NCBI GenBank assembly: GCA_000092065.1
Contig: CP000583.1
Source of the DNA: Ostreococcus lucimarinus
Lineage: Eukaryota
DNA length: 64,000 bases
Strand: one strand, 5' to 3'
Part shown: positions 49,712-60,123 of the stretch, piece after piece
How positions within the stretch are numbered: position 1 is the stretch's first letter
Layout: every line of letters begins with the position of its first letter
Made by a program: the position numbers and the translations under genes
Notes under the pieces: model-generated
Database searches by the model: none
Told to the model about the DNA's origin: nothing
Seen by the model: only the letters and a program-made list of their open reading frames with translations

Positions 49712-51568
49712 ATGGCGCGACAGCGCTCCTTCGTCGCCGCGGCCGTCGCGGTCGCGCTCGCGTGCGTGGCGCTCGGCCCGATCGCGGGCGCGAACGCGGG
49801 ACACGATGGGTGGGGACCGAATCCCACGCCCACGTCGTCGAATTCGTACAACAATCCGGGGTACTACGGTCCGTACTACGGAGGCGGGTCGACCTGTCCG
49901 CCGACGGTGACGACGTTCGGGAGAGACGCCAACTGCCCGACGTCCGCGGGCGATTGCGGCACGACGTCGTTTTATGGAAGTTCGGATTGCCAGCAAATGA
50001 CGTGGGAGTACGACAATTACAAGTATTACGTCCTCGACGGGCAACCGAACTTGCCGGAACCGTTCACGGGCATTCCGCGCGTGAACATCGAGACGAATGA
50101 GAAGTATGAAGGTCAGATGGCCCTGGATCGGGCGTACGTCGGATCGATCGTCGGTCAAGCGCTGCCGGGCATCGTCATCGCCATCATGTTGTTCGCTTCG
50201 ATGCTTTTGGTGTGCTTCTTCTACCTCATCTCCTCCGTGTGCAAGTGCTGCGGCGTGTGCAAATGCTGCTTCCGACCGAGACCGTATACGCGCAAGGCTT
50301 TGCACGTGGCCAAGGGAGTGCAACTCTTGTTTGTGGCTCTGTGCTTCTGCGGTTGCGTCGTCATCTACGCCGCGTCTCCGGACGTCTCCAGCGGCGTGCG
50401 AACGATCACGAGCGGTTTGGTCAACGCCACGAACGACCTGTCGAACGATGTGAGCTCGCTCCAGACGACATTAGCTGCCGTTCAATCGACCGACATGGAC
50501 ACCGCCGAACTCACTGACCTGAGCACCGCGGCTACCACGGCAAACGTGGAAATTACCAAGACGAAGAATAGCATCGACAAAGCACAAGAAGACGTCCAAC
50601 TCGCCGCCGACATCGTCGCCGGTGTTCTCCTCGGCGTTGCCGTGATCACGATGGTACTCTCTGTGCTGAACTTCTGGCGCTTACTCATCATTTTCTCCGT
50701 CTTGACGTCTTTGATTTTGATCGCCACGTGGATCGTCGTCGGCGCCTTGGCCGCCGTCGGCGTCTTCCTCGACGACTTGTGCTACACGATGGATTTGTAC
50801 GTCCAAAATCCGGATTCTGTCTCCATCAGCAAGGAAATTCCGTGCCCAGACGCGAAAGATGTCGTCCAATTCGGTTCAAAGTTCCGCGAACAAATCAACA
50901 TCATGGTGCATGACCTCAACGACAAAGTTTTCACGCACAACGGTGGTGTGGGTGCTGGAAACCAAAAAAATTTTCTGTGCCCGGCCTATGAAAAGCAGAC
51001 CTGGGATAACTTGTGCGGTACCGCCTCCCAACGTAATGCTGGTTCCTGGGTATCCCCGTTATGGAGCGACGAATTCGCAAACAAAGCCTGCGAAGCCTAC
51101 CACAGGGGCGACCTCGGCGGCACGTCCGCGGCCCCGTCGGCTACGTTCACGCCCTTTGTGACGTGGGATTGTCGGTCAGGCGACACTCCTAGCGGCTACC
51201 TCAACTTCACGTTGAGTTCAAGTACACGCGTTACCCAGACAATCGGCGGGGACATTGGGACTTACTACAACGGAGTAAGTGGCGTGACGACGCAGATGGT
51301 CAGCGACATCACGAACGTCTACAACGTCATTTGGCAGTTTGAGTCCATCCTCAAGTGCGACTTCATCTCCAACACGTTCATGTGGGTTCAACCGGGCTGC
51401 CGCGAAGCCGTTGACGCCATTCAGCTCATGTGGAGAGGTTTCATCGTCACCGCCACCGGCTACTTGTGCTTGTGGATCACCATGCTCGTCACCCTCGGCC
51501 GCATGGCCAACGCCGACTTGATGATTGACGGCGGTAAGTTCAACGCCAAGAAGGCTGGTTTGATCTAA
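49712..51568 (+). CDS. Multi-pass membrane glycoprotein with signal peptide and juxtamembrane Cys cluster (Tweety/prominin-like topology, unassigned)
   Basis: Signal peptide 'MARQRSFVAAAVAVALACVALGPIAGANA'. At least 4 hydrophobic spans. 'SSVCKCCGVCKCCF' immediately after TM1. Large Cys-containing loops. Confidence 0.6.
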   Translation: MARQRSFVAAAVAVALACVALGPIAGANAGHDGWGPNPTPTSSNSYNNPGYYGPYYGGGSTCPPTVTTFGRDANCPTSAGDCGTTSFYGSSDCQQMTWEYDNYKYYVLDGQPNLPEPFTGIPRVNIETNEKYEGQMALDRAYVGSIVGQALPGIVIAIMLFASMLLVCFFYLISSVCKCCGVCKCCFRPRPYTRKALHVAKGVQLLFVALCFCGCVVIYAASPDVSSGVRTITSGLVNATNDLSNDVSSLQTTLAAVQSTDMDTAELTDLSTAATTANVEITKTKNSIDKAQEDVQLAADIVAGVLLGVAVITMVLSVLNFWRLLIIFSVLTSLILIATWIVVGALAAVGVFLDDLCYTMDLYVQNPDSVSISKEIPCPDAKDVVQFGSKFREQINIMVHDLNDKVFTHNGGVGAGNQKNFLCPAYEKQTWDNLCGTASQRNAGSWVSPLWSDEFANKACEAYHRGDLGGTSAAPSATFTPFVTWDCRSGDTPSGYLNFTLSSSTRVTQTIGGDIGTYYNGVSGVTTQMVSDITNVYNVIWQFESILKCDFISNTFMWVQPGCREAVDAIQLMWRGFIVTATGYLCLWITMLVTLGRMANADLMIDGGKFNAKKAGLI

Positions 51569-51666
51569 ATCATCGCCGCGCATCGCGCACGGCGCGCCTC
51601 ACGAGGCGCGATGCCGTGACATTTTCTCAAGTAACAACCTTTATGAATCAAATCTAAAATCCTACT

Positions 51667-52302
51667 CTAACTTTCCGCGCTCGGGTTCGCCGCCGCCTCC
51701 TCGGCTCTCGACTTTGCGAGCGCCGCTCTGCGCGCGTACATCGCCTTCGCCTCTTCACTCCGCGCGGCCAGCGCCACGCGTCGCGCGTGTGCCTCCGGAT
51801 TGAACGCCACCATTCCCTCCGGCGATCGCGCATCCGGCGGCTTACTCAACCCTCGCGCCGGCGCCTCCATGCGCGACATTTTCGATTCATCAAACGCGTG
51901 CTCCGCCCCCGGAAACACCCTCAACTTCCGCATCGTCTCCTTGCTCCGCACGCACCTCGGCAGCATGCGTTCGACCGCTTTTCTCAGCACCCACGTCGGA
52001 TCTCGATCGAACATCTCCCTCGCCGTGCGCGTCACCAATCCCCCGACGTATCCCGTGTGTCGATGATACCGCTTCTTCTTCAGCTTCTCCCCCGTCAGGT
52101 GCACCTCCCCCGCGTTCACCACCACCACGACGTCCCCGCTCCCCGCGCCCGGCGCGTACGTCGGCTTATCCTTACCCTGCAGCGCCACCGCGATCCGCGA
52201 CGCCAATCGACCCAGCACCTCGCCCCTCGCGTCCACCAAGCGGTACCGCAGCCCGCGCAGGTTGGCCACGTTGCGCACGATCGCGCTCGATTTCGACGCC
52301 AT
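51667..52302 (-). CDS. Organelle-type (bacterial-like) ribosomal protein uL13 with C-terminal extension
   Basis: 'YRLVDARGEVLGRLASRIAVALQGKDKPTYAPGAGSGDVVVVVNAGEVHLTGEKLKKKRYHRHTGYVGG' is collinear with bacterial L13. Confidence 0.85.
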   Translation of the reverse strand: MASKSSAIVRNVANLRGLRYRLVDARGEVLGRLASRIAVALQGKDKPTYAPGAGSGDVVVVVNAGEVHLTGEKLKKKRYHRHTGYVGGLVTRTAREMFDRDPTWVLRKAVERMLPRCVRSKETMRKLRVFPGAEHAFDESKMSRMEAPARGLSKPPDARSPEGMVAFNPEAHARRVALAARSEEAKAMYARRAALAKSRAEEAAANPSAES

Positions 52303-52425
52303 CGCGCGCGACCGCGACGCGCCGAGCGCCTCCGCGCGCGCGCCGGGCGCGCCTTCGTCCGCGCGCGCGACCGCGCGCGACCGCGACGACCGCGGACGAC
52401 GAACGACGCGCTCGAGCGTCGATCA

Positions 52426-52494
52426 ATGGCGAAATCGCAGAGGTTTTCGCCGCACACGACGGCGCGAGACATGTCGCGCGCGATCGTCGCGCGC

Positions 52495-52530
<36 letters not shown>

Positions 52531-53493
52531 CGCGCGCGCGCGCGAACGACGCGCGCGGCGCGGACGACGCGGACGACGCGCGCGCGCGTCGTCGCGCGAG
52601 CGACGGAGGATGGGCGAGAGGAGGATTCGAAGAGCGACGCGACGACGACGAGCGCGAGCGATGCGCGCGCGGTCATGCGAGCGTCGGACGCGGTGGAGGT
52701 CGCCGAGGATGATTACCGAGGCACGCTGCGGTTGTTTCTGGACACGGCGGACGAGGAGACGTTCGACGCGTGGTTGCCCACGGGGATGTTCGTCGGCGTG
52801 ACGACGAATCCGACGATATTGGAACGGGACGGCGTGGAGTGTAGCGTCGATGCGCTGAGCGCGCTGGCGAGGAATGCGCTTGAGTTTGATGCGGTGGAAG
52901 AGTTTCAAGTGCAGACGTGGGGGGAGGATAGCGATGAGATGTGGAAGAATGGAATCGCGTTGGCGCGACTGGACCCGGAGCGCGTGGTGGTCAAGGTGCC
53001 GGTGACGCTGGAGGGGATAAAGGCGGCGAACGCGTTGGTCGTGGACGGGGTGCGGGTGACGATGACGGCGGCGTATGCACCGCATCAAGTGCTCGTGGCG
53101 GCGTCGATCGGAGCGAATTATATAGCGCCGTATTTGGGACGAATGAACGACGCCGGTCGAGACGGCTTGGGAACCATCGTCTCGATGCAAGAAACCGTGG
53201 ATGAGTTGGAGAGCGATATGCGCATTCTCGTGGCGAGCGTGCGCACGGTGGCAGAGATGGCGAAGCTCGCGGCGAAAGGCTGCGATACGTTCACCATCAG
53301 CGAAAAGGTTGCGGCAGAAATGTTCACCGATCCTTTAACGAGCCAAGCCGCCATCGATTTCCAAAGCTGCGCCGAGCGCATGGCGCCCAAGCCGCCCAAG
53401 AAGGAGAAGGAAGCCGTCGTCGTCGAGGAAATAGACGTCGACGACTCCGACGACACCGACATCGTTCAAGACAGCGACGCGAGCGACGCGTGA
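52426..53493 (+). CDS. Transaldolase (short TalC/MipB-type) with plastid-type transit peptide and acidic C-tail
   Basis: 'LFLDTAD', 'GVTTNPTIL', 'VVKVPVTLEGIKA' and 'ANYIAPYLGRMNDAG'. N-terminal '(AT)n-RARAR' transit-like region. Divergent from L13 with 123 bp between start codons. Confidence 0.85.
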
Positions 53494-54164
53494 GCTATGA
53501 TTAATGCAAGCTATTCTATTCGTACGACTCCCGCACTCGCCGCGCCGCTTCGCGAACTGGTCCGCCCCGCGCGAGATCGAATCCGGCACCTCCGCCGCGA
53601 ATCGAGGCGCGAGGCTCGACCGCAGGGCGCGCGCGACCGCGAAACGCGGACGCGACTTCGCCCGCGGCGCGAACGACGGACGACGGCGACAGTTGGCGAC
53701 GCGGGACGATGACGACGAGCGACGACGACGCGACGCGCGAGCCGACGACGACGGCGACGACGGTGAACGACGCTTCTAGGTCGTGAAATAAAAGCGCGCT
53801 GAGTCGAGCGCTGTACGCCACGTTCGGGCGAAGGCACGAGGAGAGACGGAATCGAGCGCGAGGTGACGCCGCCGGCGCAAAGTCGAACGCCGCGAAAAAC
53901 GGGAATCGAACGTCGGTGGCCGATAAAGCGTGCGGTGATGATGTTTCGTAGGCGCGATAACGATCGAGTCGCGTCGGCGCGCGAGTTTTGTAAAGTATAT
54001 TGATCAAAAGATGGAGCCACCGCGCGACGCGAGACGCGTCCAACTTGTCAACTTCACAACTTCAACTCTTCAATCTTCAACTCTTTCAACTAGTGTACAG
54101 AGGAGCGAATCGATCGCGCCAGTGCTCGTTCGTGGTGAGTCGGCATGTGTCAATCGATGGAATC

Positions 54165-54665
54165 TCAGCGCGTGCGCATACTTCTCACGCGAAGCACGTA
54201 TTGAGCATTGAGCTCGTCCAAGCGTCTCGAGATTTCGCGAGCGTCGGGCAAGCGACACGAGTCGCCGCACCAGAACGCTCGACGAGCGGGTGAACAGAGC
54301 GCCTGATTTTGCCAGTATGATGATTTTCCCTTTCCGTTGTTTGCGATCGAAGACGAATACTCATGCGAACGCGCCACGCTCGAGCTCGACGACGGCGCCG
54401 CGGCCGATCCCGACTCGACGTCGGAGTCGGAGTCGTTGAGCATGTTTATCAAATCCACCAAGTCGCACGGAAACATCTCTTCGTGGCTGGCGAGAAACAC
54501 GCTCGGTGACATGAGCGTCACCGTACACGGGGAGGCCGTCGTCGTGGCTTCCGAAGTCGGGGTCGTGCTAATCCTCTCGTCGTCTCGCGAAAGCACCAAG
54601 AGGTCAGAAGTGGGCGACGTGACGACCGAGTCACGCGCGAGGGTATCGGCGCTCGCAGACGCCAT
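54165..54665 (-). CDS. Hypothetical small Ser-rich protein
   Basis: Lower-GC ORF with protein-like composition. An antisense plus-strand ORF 54337-54717 also exists, so strand assignment is uncertain. Confidence 0.3.
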   Translation of the reverse strand: MASASADTLARDSVVTSPTSDLLVLSRDDERISTTPTSEATTTASPCTVTLMSPSVFLASHEEMFPCDLVDLINMLNDSDSDVESGSAAAPSSSSSVARSHEYSSSIANNGKGKSSYWQNQALCSPARRAFWCGDSCRLPDAREISRRLDELNAQYVLRVRSMRTR

Positions 54666-54916
54666 GATGAGTGATCGAGACGATGTCCGTCAGTGTACGC
54701 GAGCACTTTGCGGGTAAGGTACGATTGCGCGCGTTAAAGTGTGACCAGCGCCGTGCGCGTCACACTTTTTCGCACGTGAGCGCCGTTGGGTCGTCAGAGC
54801 GAAGGAGCAGCGGAGCCGCGGTTCATATTGAATTCAGATATGTATTATCATGGTACTATACTGCTACGGTGATTGTTGGCTGTGGACATCGGTATGATAC
54901 AAACGGGCTCGCGTCG

Positions 54917-56152
54917 TCATGAAAATGCGTGGCAGTCGTGCACAAACGTCGCCGTCGAGCTTTGTTGACGTATTTCCGCGATTGAATTTGGATCGGCAAA
55001 GGACGCTGGAAGCAGCGCGATCGATTGTAAGGCCTCATTGATGAGACGCATGTAGTACAAACAACCAAACGTGCTTGATTGTACCCTGCTCATGTCGAAC
55101 TGGTATTCGTCTGCTTGCTGTTTCATCTTTGCGACGACGTCGCCGATGGTGCTGGTCTGGAAGATAACAGCCTTCATTCTCTCTATTGGCACTGGACCCT
55201 GCAAGCCACGGAAGCCACTACGCTCCGCAATCATGGATGATTTGTTTTCCATGGCTGCTAATAGATTTTCTTGCATGGCCGCCATGCCGAGATAGTTCGC
55301 GTACGGATGAGCCGGCGCCGCCAACGCCGACGGACCTCGCGTAACCTTCTTATGCGACACACGTTGGCTGCGCCTCTGATCAGACAGGGCAGCGAGCTGC
55401 TTAGCGATCTCTGCTTCTTCGCCCGCGTCTGTAACGTCGTTGAGAAAGAAGGAGCAATAACGATCCGCCACTTGCACGTGTCGCGGAACCTTGCGGAAGT
55501 ATGTGTCTTCTGGAATTTTCCCGAGGTCGGCGTAGAAATCAATCAGAGGTCGCATTTTCCGCGTCCCACGCGGTCTGCGCAACTCGTCCATCGATTCTCG
55601 TATCATCCGTACCTCGACCAAGGGAGGAAGAGGAACAGGCGATGGGTCTCTCACCGCCTCGGCGACTGGTTCGCTCTTCAAGTCCGCGTTGGCTCCGCCG
55701 ATACGAGGTTGTTTCACGGACACCAACCCACTCAACGCGGCTTCTAAGTCATCCTCGAGCACTTCATCGTCGTCGACTGAAGCCTTCGATCGCTTTCTCT
55801 TCGCCGCAACAGCCACTTTTACTTTCTGCTGCGCGGGTTTCGCGAGGGCGACTTCGAGTTCGCGCGGCTCGACGACGACCTCCTTAATCTTCATATACTT
55901 TTCCATCTCCCTCGACGGCTGGACTCCCGGAGGCAGACGCAGCAATAACTTTTCCTTACCCGACCTAAAGTCGATCTGCCAAGGCTTGGTGATCACCAAC
56001 TGCTGCAACGCCTCGGTCTCCGGCAACAAGATCGTCCCCCACAACAACTCCACGCTCGAATCCACGCTCGGCACCCCGACCACGCGCGCGCAAAACTCCC
56101 CCACGGTCTCCCCATCGTACACCGGCATCTGCGACGCCTCGTAATCCGGCAA
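54917..56152 (-). CDS. Hypothetical protein with ubiquitin-like N-terminus and Lys-rich linker
   Basis: 'MPVYDGETVGEFCARVVGV' Ubl-like start. 'KVKVAVAAKRKRSK' linker. Protein-like C-terminal half. Family not assigned. Confidence 0.5.
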   Translation of the reverse strand: MPDYEASQMPVYDGETVGEFCARVVGVPSVDSSVELLWGTILLPETEALQQLVITKPWQIDFRSGKEKLLLRLPPGVQPSREMEKYMKIKEVVVEPRELEVALAKPAQQKVKVAVAAKRKRSKASVDDDEVLEDDLEAALSGLVSVKQPRIGGANADLKSEPVAEAVRDPSPVPLPPLVEVRMIRESMDELRRPRGTRKMRPLIDFYADLGKIPEDTYFRKVPRHVQVADRYCSFFLNDVTDAGEEAEIAKQLAALSDQRRSQRVSHKKVTRGPSALAAPAHPYANYLGMAAMQENLLAAMENKSSMIAERSGFRGLQGPVPIERMKAVIFQTSTIGDVVAKMKQQADEYQFDMSRVQSSTFGCLYYMRLINEALQSIALLPASFADPNSIAEIRQQSSTATFVHDCHAFS

Positions 56153-56619
56153 CGGCTTCGCGCCCGCGTCGCTCGTCGTCCCTCCCGCGTCGTCGCGTCG
56201 TCCCCGTCGTCCTCTCGTCGACGCCTATCCCTCGCGCGCGCGTCCGTTCCATCGTCAGTCCATCGCTCGCGTTCGACCGTCGCCCCTCCTCGTTCCTTTC
56301 GCGTCGTTCGCATCGCGCGCTCGCGCCGCGCGCCCGCGCGCGTCGCGACGACATCGCGCCAATCCCTCGACGCGTTCGTTTCGCGCGCGCGTCGTTCGCC
56401 CCGCGCGCGTCGTCCGCGCGCGCGCACCTTGGTGTCGATCGCGAGCGTCACGTGTCCGATCGGCGCGCGCGTCGCCGCGCGCCGACGCGCGTCGCGCGCG
56501 TCGACGTCCATCGCGCGACGCGACGCGCGCGACGCGACGCGGCGCGCGGAGATGTGCGCCCCGTCCCCTCGCGGGATGTTGCGGCGATCGCGCGGGCGCG
56601 GCGATCGCGCGGGTCGGTC

Positions 56620-56900
56620 GAGTGGGTCGATCGATCGATCGATCGATCGGTGCGTGGGTCGATCGGGTGATCGGTCGGTCGGTGGGTGATCGGTCGGTGG
56701 GTGGGTCGATCGATCGGTGGGTGGGTCGATCGATCGGTGGGTGGGTCGACTCGATCGATCGATCGGTGGATCGGTGGATCGATCGGTGGGTCGATCGATC
56801 GATCGGTGGATGGGTCGATCGATCGATCGGTGGGCGGGTCGACTCGATCGATCGATCGATCGGGGCGATCGATCGGTCGGTCGGTCGGTCGGTCGGTCGC
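56620..56900. repeat. Compound microsatellite (gatc)n/(ggtgg)n/(tcggtcgg)n in divergent promoter
   Basis: Direct reading. Six-frame ORFs here encode 'DRSIDRSVGG' repeats and are artefacts. Confidence 0.85.
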
Positions 56901-56956
56901 GGCGACGCGACGCGCGACGCGCGAGACCGCGACGACGACGACGGGGCGGCGGCGAC

Positions 56957-58525
56957 ATGGCGCGCGCGACGGCGGCGCGCGGCGCGGGACGCGCGGTGGA
57001 CGCGCGCGCGGGCGCGCGACGCGGGACGCGCGCGACGCGCGTCGCGCGGGCGACGCGCGCGAACCGCGCGACGACGACGACGTCATCCGCAACGGCGACG
57101 TCCGACGCGGCCGTGGACGCGTTGGAGGCGCTGCGCGAGGTGAAAATCGCGCGCGCGGTGGATGGGGTCGAGGTCGACGCGGTCGGGGACGCGATCGCGC
57201 GCGAGGGACGCGTGGCGGCGCTGTTTTTGACGCAGTTTGGGGATTTCGATTCGTGGGAGCTCGCGCAGCGATTGGTGGACGATTTGGACGCGATGAAACG
57301 GGCGGGCGTGCGCGTGGTGGCGATCGGGATCGGGAGCGCGGACGCGGCGAGGGAGTTCTCGAAGCGCACGAGGTTTCCGCTGGAGAATTTGTACGCGGAT
57401 GAGGGAGGGAAGTGTCACGAGGCGCTCGGTTTCGCGCCGGGACTCGGACGCGCGGGAGGGGATTTCGCGTGGATGGAAGACAAGACGCCGTTTGTGAACG
57501 GGTACGCGAAATTGTTGCTGATGTGCGCGGGGATTGGGTCGCCCGGGACGCTTCCGGCGGTGTTCGGGGGGTATTTTGGGTCGAAATATAAGGATGAAAT
57601 CTTTGTGGAAGGAAGCAACCTGGACGTTCCGGCGATTCGCAAGGCGATGAAACTCACGCTCGGAGACGGTTACTTGCGGCCTTTTGAGCTTGCAACGTTG
57701 CGATTGAACAACATGATTCAAATTCTCAATAACTGGGAAGCGTTGACGCCGAAGGATAGCAACTTGTTGGTGCAGCGCGGTGGGGTCATCGTCTTCGACG
57801 ACGGGAAAGCTGCGTTCAGACACGACGATCAAGGGATTTTAGGATTCTGTCCCGCCGCTCGTGTCGTGGAAAAGGCTTTGAGTGACGATCCGTCGGCGAA
57901 GCCGGATCCCGTGAAGACGTTGCACCTCGCCGCAGAGTCGCGACGGGCGTACGTGGACGATATTTTCACCTCCATCTCTGCGCTCGAAAAGTCCAAAGAC
58001 AAGGACAACGTCAAAGGCGAGGAATTGACCGGTCAGTGGCGATTGATTTACACCACGGGAACAAAGAAAGTTGCGGCGAACGTCAATCGAACGGGTGGTG
58101 GGAGCTACTTTCCCATTCCCGCCGTGCAGTCGTTTGACTTGAACTCGGGACGCATTCGCAACGGAATCTACCTCGGCCCTATTAAGTTCTTTTTCGACGG
58201 ACCATTCATCTGGCGCGAAAAGTTGGACATGTTGGAATTCACTTTTACGCGCGTGAGCTTAGCGCTCGGTTCCCTAGGACCGTGGTCGAAGGATATAGAC
58301 GACGGCAAATGGGAAGCCGTGAAAGCCGCCGAGCAAAGCGCGAGCTCTGGGCAAGGTAACATAGAGAAATCGGACGTAAAAGCATCCAAGCCCGGTGCCA
58401 ATCCTTTCTTCAAGTTCGTGTACACCGACGATAAGTGCATCGCCGCGCGAGGTCGAGGCGGTGGCTTGGCGTTGTGGGCTCGCGTCGGCGAGCCCGAGAC
58501 GGATGCTCAAGAACAGCAGCAATAA
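56957..58525 (+). CDS. Fusion protein: thioredoxin-fold (PRXL2/AhpC-TSA-like, CxxC absent) N-domain + plastoglobule fibrillin (PAP) C-domain, with transit peptide
   Basis: N-domain 'LFLTQFGDFDSWELAQRLVDDLDAMKRAGVRVVAIGIGS' is redoxin-like with DSWE where CxxC is expected. C-domain 'GQWRLIYTT...FPIPAVQSFDL...GPFIWREKLDMLEFTFTRV' is the PAP_fibrillin signature. Start coordinate +/-2 nt, because of the adjacent microsatellite. Confidence 0.7.
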   Translation: MARATAARGAGRAVDARAGARRGTRATRVARATRANRATTTTSSATATSDAAVDALEALREVKIARAVDGVEVDAVGDAIAREGRVAALFLTQFGDFDSWELAQRLVDDLDAMKRAGVRVVAIGIGSADAAREFSKRTRFPLENLYADEGGKCHEALGFAPGLGRAGGDFAWMEDKTPFVNGYAKLLLMCAGIGSPGTLPAVFGGYFGSKYKDEIFVEGSNLDVPAIRKAMKLTLGDGYLRPFELATLRLNNMIQILNNWEALTPKDSNLLVQRGGVIVFDDGKAAFRHDDQGILGFCPAARVVEKALSDDPSAKPDPVKTLHLAAESRRAYVDDIFTSISALEKSKDKDNVKGEELTGQWRLIYTTGTKKVAANVNRTGGGSYFPIPAVQSFDLNSGRIRNGIYLGPIKFFFDGPFIWREKLDMLEFTFTRVSLALGSLGPWSKDIDDGKWEAVKAAEQSASSGQGNIEKSDVKASKPGANPFFKFVYTDDKCIAARGRGGGLALWARVGEPETDAQEQQQ

Positions 58526-58530
58526 AGTTG

Positions 58531-59595
58531 TCAATAAAACTGTTGTACGTGCGCGCTAATCATGCACTTTTCCACTTCGATCGCTCGTCGCTTCGTATTT
58601 TCATCGAAAGTTTCCACCGCGAGCACCTCTTGTAAACCTTCGCGCACGTTTGGGACAAACTGTGTCGCTCGCTCTCCGGCGACGCGCAGCGCAGCCTCCA
58701 ACAAATCCAACACTCGCCGCACGACATCTTCGCGCCAACCGACGCTGGCGTGCGCGCTGAGCTCATTGAGCGCTGGAACGAGCACGTCGCCGAGGTGTCG
58801 ACACACCAAATCTTCAAAATCCTCCGCCGAGGAATGCGCGACTTCTTCGCCCACGGCGCGCACGTCGTCGATGTCATCCTTCAACGCACCGAGTATGTAA
58901 GGAAGCACTCGCGGCATTTGATCATCGCGACGGACATTAACAATCGTTCCACATAATCGAATGAATTCCATGCGCACGAGTGGCGATCGATCGCACGCGA
59001 GCGCGCCAAAATAGTTCACGCGACGACTGTCGTCGTCGCCTCGATATCCGCCACCCGTGAGATGAAAAGCGACGTCGTCGTACCCGCTCGCCGACATCGT
59101 CTCCCGCAGCGCGCACAGCGCGTGTTGACGCACTTTACTCGAACGATGCGTCAAGCTCGGCGCGATTATTTCGCGCACCACGACGACGGCGTCGGCTCGA
59201 TCTCGCGCCGCCGCGCGCGCCGCGCCGAGCGCCGAAATCGCCACCTCCGCGCACTCCTCTCTCGCGCACCCCCCGAGCGCGCGCACCACCGCATCGCGCG
59301 CGTCCGCATCCAGCGCCAAAAACGTCGACGTCGACGGCATCGCGCGCACCCTCTCCAAAATCCTCCCCATCGCTCGCGCCGCGCTCTCGCGCGCCTCCTC
59401 GCGCGCCTCCTCCCCTCGCGCCAGTCTCCCTCCCAGCCGCACCAGCGCCTCGCGCGCCTCCTCCCTCGTCGCGCTCGCCGCCATCCATCCCACCGTCTCG
59501 CACGCCCGCGCGCGCGCCTCCCCGTCCCGCCCCCCTCCCGCCGCCGTCTCCAGCGCCCGCGCCCGCGCCTCCCGAGTCAACGCCGAAACGTCCAT
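58531..59595 (-). CDS. HEAT/ARM-repeat protein (hypothetical)
   Basis: Alpha-helical repeat composition with Leu-Ala-Glu rhythm. No specific family assigned. Confidence 0.5.
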   Translation of the reverse strand: MDVSALTREARARALETAAGGGRDGEARARACETVGWMAASATREEAREALVRLGGRLARGEEAREEARESAARAMGRILERVRAMPSTSTFLALDADARDAVVRALGGCAREECAEVAISALGAARAAARDRADAVVVVREIIAPSLTHRSSKVRQHALCALRETMSASGYDDVAFHLTGGGYRGDDDSRRVNYFGALACDRSPLVRMEFIRLCGTIVNVRRDDQMPRVLPYILGALKDDIDDVRAVGEEVAHSSAEDFEDLVCRHLGDVLVPALNELSAHASVGWREDVVRRVLDLLEAALRVAGERATQFVPNVREGLQEVLAVETFDENTKRRAIEVEKCMISAHVQQFY

Positions 59596-60123
59596 TCGCG
59601 TCCTCGCCCCCCTCGCGCGTCGCGCGTCGTCGTCGCGTCGGCGTCGCGATCGCGGCGACGCGCGGTCGACGCGACGTTCGCGTCGCACCGCGCGCGCGTC
59701 GCGCGTCGTCGCCCGCGCGCGCCGGCGTCGCGTCGCCCGCGCGTCGCCCCGATCGCGACGATCCGGCGACGCCGACGCGACGATCGACGTCGCGCGCGCG
59801 GGCGCGCGGGCGCGAAATACCCATACACACGGATCCGAAACCACCATCACGCGCGCGGACCCGAGACACCGATAAAGCGGACCGCGCGCGCGAGATCACG
59901 CGTTTAACGTGCGCTCGACGCTATAAACGTGGATGGACGAAACGCACGAAAAACGGCGCGGCGCGCGCCGATCGGGCGAGGGGAACGAAGCGCGGGAAAC
60001 GAATCGGCGCGACGGCAAAACGGCGCGCGCGACGACGACGCGAGGCGCCGACGACGCGCGACGACGACGCGACGCGACGCGACGCGTTGATTCGCGGCGA
60101 ACGCGCGCGGTCGGGATCGGGAG

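Noticed and set aside
54040-54095. (TTCAAC)n-like imperfect microsatellite in the convergent 3' UTR region 53494-54164
   Set aside because: It is a short, imperfect simple repeat in UTR and has no further structure.
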